NCBI GenBank assembly: GCA_014727915.1
Contig: WJMO01000005.1
Location: 352,001-416,000, forward strand
Direction: 5' to 3'
Source of the DNA: Candidatus Altiarchaeales archaeon
GTDB lineage: Archaea > Altiarchaeota > Altiarchaeia > IMC4 > SCGC-AAA252-I15
DNA: 64,000 bases
Shown: positions 57,308 through 64,000 of the stretch, piece by piece
How the letters are laid out: each line of letters starts with the position of its first letter
Position numbering within the stretch: the stretch's first letter is position 1
The notes under the pieces: generated by a model
Databases searched by the model: none
Told to the model about the DNA's origin: nothing
What the model saw: the letters and a program-made list of their open reading frames with translations, nothing else
Translations under genes and position numbers: made by a program

Positions 57308-58546
57308 ATGATGGAATGGAGGGATTTTGCGGCCTTAACACTGGTTTTGATCTTAGCCGGTATTGTCTCGGCCGATGTGGTCAAGGTCTATGAGCTGAGG
57401 CGTCCGATACACCTTGGCAGTAAGAATATCTCAGACTGGGATGCATCTAGGCCGTACGGCCTTGAATTGGAGGATGAATTCCGGGTTGACGGCCCCTATA
57501 AAAAAGCTTGGATAAGCATGCAACTCTATGACAGGTTCTACCATCAGGGCACGCTCCTCTCATTCAACAACAAGACACTATCCAACCTATGTCGTGTGAG
57601 GGAATATGACAAATGGGTGTTGTGCAACATAACCATAGCCGATGAACTGTTAAGGCCTGAGAAAAACACGTTTTCCCTGCGTTCCATCTGGACTCTCAGG
57701 TATTCCGACCACACCGACTTCATGTTCAAAGACCTTGGGATCTTCCTGGAGTACGAGTCTTTAGAGCCTGAGTTCCTGGTGTCCAAGACTCAGTCGTCGT
57801 ATGAGGTCGTCTCAGGAGAGCCTGTTAACGTCACGGTATCCCTGACAAACATCGGGGTCAAACCGGCCTATAACATGTCCGCACGCGACATAAAGCCGCC
57901 TGGCGCCTACCTGGTTTCCGGCTCTTTGGAGAGGGAGTTCAGCCCCCTCCGCGGGGGCGACATACTATGGTTCGAATACCAGCTGGTGGCCGATGAGCCG
58001 GGAGGCTATGAGTCATGGGCTGGGAGATACTCATACTATGACGGTAACTGGACCCTTCACACGGGGGAGATAGACCCCACAGTATTCGATGTCAGGCCGT
58101 CAAAGCCCTTCCTCCTGGTCCGGAAGAACGTATCCTCCCCCACCCTCTATTTTGGCATGGGGGGTGTTGTCACCGTGACAGTATACAACAACGGCTCTTT
58201 CGGGGCTCATAACGTCATGTTACGGGACTATCTGCCGGCTAACTTCACGGTTTCAGGGGGCTCTCCGAACGCGTCACTGGGCTTCATAGGCGCCGGCGAG
58301 AACTTAACAGTCGAATATAACATCTCGCCCAAGGACCCTGGCACATTCTCTTCCACGGCTGTGGTCGAATACGAGGACTCCACGGGATTCGACTATGAGG
58401 CCCGGAGCAACCACGTGGAGATAACATCGGTAGTGCCTCCCTCAGTGGTTGAGGGCTTGAACCCGCTGCTGGTCCTGGCCGCAATAGTCGTGCTGATGGT
58501 GTTCCTCCTTGTTGTGTTCATACTTGTTAAGTCCCGCGGCCTCTAG
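57308..58546 (+). CDS. Surface protein with two DUF11/BatD-like Ig domains and C-terminal TM helix
   Basis: Signal peptide; repeated V.K..GE.V.VTV...N.G...A.N...D..P. Confidence 0.75.
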   Translation: MMEWRDFAALTLVLILAGIVSADVVKVYELRRPIHLGSKNISDWDASRPYGLELEDEFRVDGPYKKAWISMQLYDRFYHQGTLLSFNNKTLSNLCRVREYDKWVLCNITIADELLRPEKNTFSLRSIWTLRYSDHTDFMFKDLGIFLEYESLEPEFLVSKTQSSYEVVSGEPVNVTVSLTNIGVKPAYNMSARDIKPPGAYLVSGSLEREFSPLRGGDILWFEYQLVADEPGGYESWAGRYSYYDGNWTLHTGEIDPTVFDVRPSKPFLLVRKNVSSPTLYFGMGGVVTVTVYNNGSFGAHNVMLRDYLPANFTVSGGSPNASLGFIGAGENLTVEYNISPKDPGTFSSTAVVEYEDSTGFDYEARSNHVEITSVVPPSVVEGLNPLLVLAAIVVLMVFLLVVFILVKSRGL

Positions 58547-59067
58547 AAATACAGCGCTACTTCGCTGTCCCATGCGACATAGCATTTGGCTTCGGTCTCC
58601 TTTATGGTGAGGTAGTATACGTTGCCCTCATCGTGCAATGTCCCGCTGGAGTCCACCCATGAGCCTATGTTATGCTCTTCGACCTTGAATCCTACCTTGT
58701 ATTCCCTCCATAGGTGGCGTTGTATGACCCCCCGGGCATCAAGTTCAGGAGCCATATAGTATCCCGCGCAGTAGTAGTACTCCCTCCTTTCCCCGACGTT
58801 CTTCCCCCAGTAGCAGTCTATCGTATGGCTCGCCGACATCTTACTTGAGCTAGGAGATGAAAAATCGTCTAAAAAGGCGTTTTCAAGCTCTGGTTTGATT
58901 AGCTTGGCGTCTAGGTAATCGGATGACAGGCGTATCTGAATGCCTTTGGAGGCTACGTTGCATGGGGTGACATAGACCCTCGGTTTTGTCTTGGCCTTCT
59001 TTTTTCCGATGCAGGCCCCGGCAGACAACAGCAGGATGATAATTAATAAGATGTATATGTGGCGCAT
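58543..59067 (-). CDS. Lipoprotein of unknown function
   Basis: Hydrophobic leader ending SAGAC. Confidence 0.7.
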   Translation of the reverse strand: MRHIYILLIIILLLSAGACIGKKKAKTKPRVYVTPCNVASKGIQIRLSSDYLDAKLIKPELENAFLDDFSSPSSSKMSASHTIDCYWGKNVGERREYYYCAGYYMAPELDARGVIQRHLWREYKVGFKVEEHNIGSWVDSSGTLHDEGNVYYLTIKETEAKCYVAWDSEVALYF

Positions 59068-59122
59068 ATTTAATCACTTCTTTTATTAATAATATCTGTC
59101 CTTTAATAAAAGAATTCAAAAA

Positions 59123-60337
59123 ATGGTTCGTAGGAACTCCAACATAGCGAAACTCCATGCAGGCTACCTTTTCCCGGAGATCAACAGGCGCAGGAGGAAG
59201 CTACTTGAACAAGACCCGGACGCCAGGATAATCAGCTTGGGGGTCGGCAACACCACGGAGCCCCTGACCGGCCACATCAGCGAAGGCCTCGTAGGCTCTG
59301 CGAAGGGCCTTGGCACCGTTGGGGGATACTCAGGCTACGGGGACGAGCAAGGGCTCACGGAGCTGCGGTCCAAGATAGGCGAGAGGGTATACGGTGGCTC
59401 CGTCGATGCGGGGGAGGTCTTCATATCAGACGGGGCGAAATGCGACATAGGCAGGCTTCAGGTGATGTTCGGCAGTGGGGTGACGGTCGCCGTCCAGGAC
59501 CCCGCATACCCGGTCTACGTGGACGGCAGCGTTATAGTGGGCGCTACCGGAGGCTACAATGAAGGCAGGGCTTTGTTCGACGGCATAGAGTACATGTCTT
59601 GCACGCCCGAGAACGACTTCTTCCCGGACCTGCAGAACACTCGGCGCACGGATCTGATATACTTCTGCTCCCCGAACAACCCCACCGGGGCGGTGGCTTC
59701 CAAGAAGCAGCTTAAGGAGCTCGTGGATTTCGCGGCAGATAACCGGTCCATAATCATCTTTGACGCGGCCTACAGCGAGTTCATCTCAGACAGTAAGCTT
59801 CCGAAGACCATATTCGACGTGAAGGGATCAAGGGAGGTGGCGTTGGAGGTGAACAGTTTCTCCAAGATGGTAGGTTTCACTGGCGTCAGACTCGGGTGGA
59901 CGGTCGTGCCCGATGAGTTGAAGTTCGATGACGGTTCGGGCGTCAACAGGGACTGGGACCGGGTCACATGCACCATATTCAACGGGGCGTCCAACATAGC
60001 CCAACAGGGGGGCCTCGCGTCATTGGACGACGAGGGCTTGGCGGAGATGCGCGAGACCATAGCATACTACATGGAGAATGCGCGGATCATAAAGGACGCC
60101 TTGGATGAGATGGGGGTTACGACGTACGGGGGCGTTAACGCACCCTACATATGGGCTCACTTCCCCGGGCGGAACTCCTGGGACGTGTTCGAGGAGATAC
60201 TGAACAAATGCCATGTGGTTACCACACCAGGCAGCGGCTTCGGGCCCGCAGGGGAAGGCTTCATACGCTTCAGCGCGTTCGGCCACCGACAAGACATTCA
60301 AGAAGCGGTTGAAAGGCTCAAAGCTAAACTAAGATAA
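59123..60337 (+). CDS. dapL: LL-diaminopimelate aminotransferase
   Basis: GYLFPEI, GYGDEQG, ISDGAKCD, DPAYPVY, CSPNNPTG, SFSKMVGFTGVRLG, TPGSGFG. Confidence 0.95.
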   Translation: MVRRNSNIAKLHAGYLFPEINRRRRKLLEQDPDARIISLGVGNTTEPLTGHISEGLVGSAKGLGTVGGYSGYGDEQGLTELRSKIGERVYGGSVDAGEVFISDGAKCDIGRLQVMFGSGVTVAVQDPAYPVYVDGSVIVGATGGYNEGRALFDGIEYMSCTPENDFFPDLQNTRRTDLIYFCSPNNPTGAVASKKQLKELVDFAADNRSIIIFDAAYSEFISDSKLPKTIFDVKGSREVALEVNSFSKMVGFTGVRLGWTVVPDELKFDDGSGVNRDWDRVTCTIFNGASNIAQQGGLASLDDEGLAEMRETIAYYMENARIIKDALDEMGVTTYGGVNAPYIWAHFPGRNSWDVFEEILNKCHVVTTPGSGFGPAGEGFIRFSAFGHRQDIQEAVERLKAKLR

Positions 60338-60371
60338 TAAAAAAAGTTAGAAAAAGAAGAACTTTCAGGCT

Positions 60372-60683
60372 TTATCCGAAGAGTGAGGCCAGGCCGCTTG
60401 CGGCTTCTTCCTCGCTTGCTCCGTCGTCTTCCTTCTTCTCTTCTTTCTTCTCCTCTGCTGGTGCGCCACCACCCGCGGCTGGGGCTGGTGCTGCTGCAGG
60501 GGCTGCGACAACTGCCTTCTCGATGGCTTCGTCGATGTTGACTCCGTCCAAGCTGGCTACCAGGGCCTTCACCCTGGCCTCGTCAACGTCGACTCCCGCT
60601 CCCTTCAAGACGGCTGTGACGCCCTTCTCATCCACTTTCTTGCCTGCTGAGTGCAAGAGCATAGCAGCGTAAACGTATTCCAT
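60372..60683 (-). CDS. rpl12: Archaeal ribosomal stalk protein L12/P1
   Basis: [11 protein letters not shown], Ala-rich hinge, acidic tail ending GLASLFG. Confidence 0.97.
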   Translation of the reverse strand: MEYVYAAMLLHSAGKKVDEKGVTAVLKGAGVDVDEARVKALVASLDGVNIDEAIEKAVVAAPAAAPAPAAGGGAPAEEKKEEKKEDDGASEEEAASGLASLFG

Positions 60684-60759
60684 CTCAAATCCTCCAAAAA
60701 CTAACGCAAAAACGTAGCAGAGATATAGGGATTCCCGATATAAAAGTGTTTCACCCCCG

Positions 60760-61428
60760 TTATCCGAGGATTGAGGTCCGAACTATGGTGGTCAGGAACC
60801 GGACCCCCTCCCTGAACGCGCTGAGCTTTGACGCGCCCTTGCGGTCGTCGTATCCGATGGGCACCTCCCTGAACAAGTAACCCCGCTTATGGGAGCGTAT
60901 GGTGATAACAATCATCATATCCAACGTGTCCGGGAGGGGCTGCAGCTCATCGAACGTCGTCTTGCTGAACACCTTCATCCCGCTGCTGACATCATACACC
61001 CGCTTCATCAGCAGGATGCTCGTCAGATAAATGAAGAATGTGTTCCCCAATTTGCGGATGAACGGCATTCCAGCGTTAACCCCCAGGAACCTGGACCCTG
61101 ACACGATGCACCCGTCGCCTTTGAACTCTCCCAGCAGCTTTGGTATCGCAGCCGGCGGGTACGTGTGGTCGGCGTCCAACAGGCAGATAACGCCATAGCT
61201 GCTGTTCTCCACTCCCGTCTTTATGGCGGCACCGTAGCCTCTGTTGGTCTCGTGGCGTATTATCCTCGCCCCCGCAGACTCCGCCACCTCGCCAGTGCGG
61301 TCGCTGCTACCGTCATCGACAACAACGATCTCGTGGGTCACACCAGCCAAAGCGGCCCTGACTTCTTCCACGGTCTCTCCCACGCCATCCTCTTCGTTCA
61401 GCGCGGGAACGACCACACTCAACTCCAT
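60760..61428 (-). CDS. GT2 glycosyltransferase (dolichol-phosphate mannose synthase-like)
   Basis: [30 protein letters not shown]; start MELSVV. Confidence 0.9.
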   Translation of the reverse strand: MELSVVVPALNEEDGVGETVEEVRAALAGVTHEIVVVDDGSSDRTGEVAESAGARIIRHETNRGYGAAIKTGVENSSYGVICLLDADHTYPPAAIPKLLGEFKGDGCIVSGSRFLGVNAGMPFIRKLGNTFFIYLTSILLMKRVYDVSSGMKVFSKTTFDELQPLPDTLDMMIVITIRSHKRGYLFREVPIGYDDRKGASKLSAFREGVRFLTTIVRTSILG

Positions 61429-61469
61429 ACAGAACACATACTCCGACAGTATTAAAAAACAGTATTGTG

Positions 61470-61635
61470 TGTTGTTTTGCGGTGGGGTTGTCCTGCGTTC
61501 ACTCCGTTGGGGAGCATCACTTCCCCGGTGAACCCCACCAGGTTCATGGTTGCGCAGGGGCCGCGTCCACCGCAATGTTGCCCCTCACTTGACGCACCCG
61601 ATCATCGAATCACAGGTGCCTTCGCAGAAGGGCAA
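61470..61635 (-). ncRNA. Candidate two-hairpin box H/ACA pseudouridylation guide RNA
   Basis: Two stem-pocket-stem hairpins, each followed by ACA 15-16 nt from the upper stem; canonical K-loop GUGA-UUCGA-UGAUC in hairpin 1; own TATA (61657-61664) and downstream T-tract. Confidence 0.75.
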
Positions 61636-61670
61636 GTATGATATGGGAACCACTAGCTTATAAAAACAGG

Positions 61671-62861
61671 CTATTCCCCCTTGTACACCTTCAGAGCGCA
61701 GTATTCCCCGCACATGCTGCACTCCCCTCCCTTTTTGTCTCCCTTATAGCGTTTTTTAACGTCGGGGTCCAGGGCGAGCTCGAACATGCGGTCCCAGTCC
61801 AGGTTGAACCTGGCCCTGCTCATCTCATCATCCCTGCCACGCCGGCCCAGCTTCACAACATCCGCGGCGTGAGCCGCTATCTTGGATGCAATTACGCCCT
61901 CGCGCACGTCCTTGACGTCTGGGAGCCCCAGATGCTCGCTTGGTGTCACATAGCATAGGAAGTCAGCGCCGTACATGCCGGCAACAGCCCCTCCGATGGC
62001 GGAGGTTATGTGGTCGTATCCGACGCCGACATCGCAGACCAGCGGGCCAAGCACGTAGAATGGAGCTCCCTGACACGCTTTCTTCTGCAACTCAATGTTC
62101 CGCTGAATCTGGTCCAATGGCACATGCCCCGGCCCCTCCACAATCACTTTAACACCGGCCTCCCACGCCCGCTTTGTCAGCTCTCCGAGAACCTTCAGCT
62201 CGTGGAGCTGAGCCTTGTCGGTGGCGTCATGGAGGCACCCCGGCCGCAGAGCGTCTCCCAGGCTCACCGTAACCTCATATTCCCGAAGGACTTCCAGGAT
62301 GTCATCGTAGCCGGTGTAAAGGGGGTTCTCCAGGTTGTGCTTTCGCATCCACGCCGCCAGGAAACAACCTCCCCTGCTGGTGACCGGTATTATCCGCTCT
62401 CCCGCGTGTTTGACGCCCTCCAATGTGACGCCGGCGTGTATGGTCATGAAGTCCACGCCCTCCCGGCACTGGCTTTCGACCTCTTTCAGGTAGTCTTCTA
62501 GGGTGAACTCCAAGCCCCTCCCGGCGTAGGCCTGGTATATGGGCACCGTTCCCAGGGGAACGGACGTCTCCTTGAGGATCCTCTTCCTTGTGCTGCTGGT
62601 GTCGCCTCCGACGCTCAAGTCCATCAGCGTGTCCGCGCCGGCGTCCACGGCGACCCTGGCCTTCTCCAACTCCAGTTCAACGCTCAGTTCCCCGGGGCTG
62701 AAGCCGATGTTGGCGTTGACCTTCGTGGCGACGCCCTCGCCGATGGCCAGGGGGTCGATGTCACGACGGGCGTTCTTCACCAAAACCAGGCTTCCCCCGT
62801 CCACAGCCTTACTCAGCCTTTCCCTGGGGACATCCTCCCGCTCAGATATGACATCCAACAT
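61671..62861 (-). CDS. thiC: Phosphomethylpyrimidine synthase
   Basis: TKVNANIG, LMDLS, GTVPIYQ, MTIHAG, SRGG, EGPGH, YDHI, CYVTPSEHL, CSMCGEYC. Confidence 0.96.
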   Translation of the reverse strand: MLDVISEREDVPRERLSKAVDGGSLVLVKNARRDIDPLAIGEGVATKVNANIGFSPGELSVELELEKARVAVDAGADTLMDLSVGGDTSSTRKRILKETSVPLGTVPIYQAYAGRGLEFTLEDYLKEVESQCREGVDFMTIHAGVTLEGVKHAGERIIPVTSRGGCFLAAWMRKHNLENPLYTGYDDILEVLREYEVTVSLGDALRPGCLHDATDKAQLHELKVLGELTKRAWEAGVKVIVEGPGHVPLDQIQRNIELQKKACQGAPFYVLGPLVCDVGVGYDHITSAIGGAVAGMYGADFLCYVTPSEHLGLPDVKDVREGVIASKIAAHAADVVKLGRRGRDDEMSRARFNLDWDRMFELALDPDVKKRYKGDKKGGECSMCGEYCALKVYKGE

Positions 62862-62984
62862 CTTATCGCAGACTATTTAACAAACGAGGCTATATTATAA
62901 GAACCCGCCTAAAATAAAACACCCTCTACATGCCCGTATAGGGTAGCGGATATCCTACGGGGTTGCGGACCTCGTGACTCGCGT

Positions 62985-63347
62985 TCAAGTCGCGGTACGG
63001 GCATCTTTGTCCTTCTTTTTTTTCCTGAATTCCTCACTGTTCTTAACTAGTATGAATGCTATGATTGTGCTCTTGGCGAGTTCGATGAATATCATGTTGG
63101 TAGTCTGGGGTGTCGTCTGGGTGAGGGCTAGTGTCACTATGGCGAGTATGATGTTGAGGGCGGAGAGGGCGACTGCGCCGAGGTAGCAGTATCTTATCCT
63201 GAATATTATGCCTGCCCCTAGGGCTGTGAGCGCCGTTCCCAGGGCGGTCACGCCTCCTCCTCCCGGCAGGGTTAGCATCCCAGTGACCAGGAACCAAGCC
63301 CCCACCAGCGTCACCCAGGCGCTCTTCTTCCTCTTCTTGACCTTCAT
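62985..63347 (-). CDS. Small membrane protein
   Basis: About 4 TM helices with Lys-rich ends; start MKVKKR. Confidence 0.65.
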   Translation of the reverse strand: MKVKKRKKSAWVTLVGAWFLVTGMLTLPGGGGVTALGTALTALGAGIIFRIRYCYLGAVALSALNIILAIVTLALTQTTPQTTNMIFIELAKSTIIAFILVKNSEEFRKKKKDKDARTAT

Positions 63348-63357
63348 CTTGGATGTT

Positions 63358-63651
63358 CTAGCAGGATAGGCAGGACTTGAATCTCTCAAATGCGAGCTTC
63401 CCCGCTCTGAACAGGTAGTAGGCTATAACTGTGCCGCTCCAGAGAGCTACGAGGAAGTCCAGGCTGAAATCCCCCTTCACCCGGTAGTCCCATAGTGCCA
63501 GTGCCAATAGCAGGGCTGATAACATCAAGGTGCCGGCATGATATGCTATGTATGCCATCCTGTCAGCGTATCCAAAATACTCTGCTGGTATCCTGAAATC
63601 CTTAAGCTTCCTGAGATGCTTGATATGCCCTTGAGAAAGCACGATCCTCAT
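63358..63651 (-). CDS. Small 2-TM membrane protein
   Basis: Two hydrophobic helices; start uncertain (ATG 63651). Confidence 0.5.
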   Translation of the reverse strand: MRIVLSQGHIKHLRKLKDFRIPAEYFGYADRMAYIAYHAGTLMLSALLLALALWDYRVKGDFSLDFLVALWSGTVIAYYLFRAGKLAFERFKSCLSC

Positions 63652-64000
63652 CTTCTCAGTCACCACCTGCGGCGGAGTTGTCGTCAGCGCCCTCGGCGGT
63701 GGCCTTGACAACGTATGTCTCGGTTAAAAACTCTGCCTTGTCCACGTTTATCTACTCTGCATACTGGAATATAACCTTTCTTAGAATTCTCTTACCCCCC
63801 GCATCTCCGGGCTCCTCTCCTCTCTCAGAGGGCATTTAGCCCCTGAATGCGAGCGCCAATCCTGTCATGCGGGCAACCTATGAAAGCGTGAATAGAGGGT
63901 GTTTCAGAAGCCCTAGAACTGTTTTCTGGGGGTTTTTTCACCTTCTATCCTGGAGGGTATGCGCTCCTCCTATTCGGGAACCTCGGGTCACTGTGGCTTT

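Noticed and set aside
62862-62985. TPP riboswitch upstream of thiC (also checked before thiM and thiE)
   Set aside because: No CUGAGA or downstream TPP aptamer motifs; the CCCGTA..TACGGG hairpin is more likely the terminator of the upstream gene.

Overview
This is an archaeal chromosomal window, mostly GC-rich. Evidence for Archaea: archaeal Rpl12/P1, SepCysS, a PAC2 chaperone, an intron-containing tRNA-Cys and TATA-box promoters. The gene content and the Cys-rich and Ser/Thr-rich surface proteins suggest a DPANN lineage such as Altiarchaeota, but that is inference. The main feature is a tightly packed 17-gene minus-strand operon (23727-36492). It encodes an HdrB-HdrC fusion, a three-part archaeal glutamate synthase, a GcvH/LbpA-type lipoyl carrier and its lipoate ligase, a second HdrB/HdrC pair and a CcdA-like protein. 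It also encodes a membrane Fe-S module built around an internally duplicated 440-aa transporter-like protein with four symmetric Cys, plus two unannotated paralogous ~50-aa membrane hairpin proteins. Two paralogous Lrp regulators bracket the operon, and its promoter motif is shared with the neighbouring gdhA. Other content: glutamine synthetase type III; a tRNA-Cys(intron)-pscN-pscS-thiI sulfur cluster leading into thiamine genes; a candidate two-hairpin H/ACA guide RNA; and an accessory block (11-21 kb) of divergent enzyme homologs (HAD, pentein/ADI-like, GNAT, degenerate LAGLIDADG). No CRISPR array, rRNA or transposase was recognised. All functional calls come from motif recognition by eye; no database searches were run.
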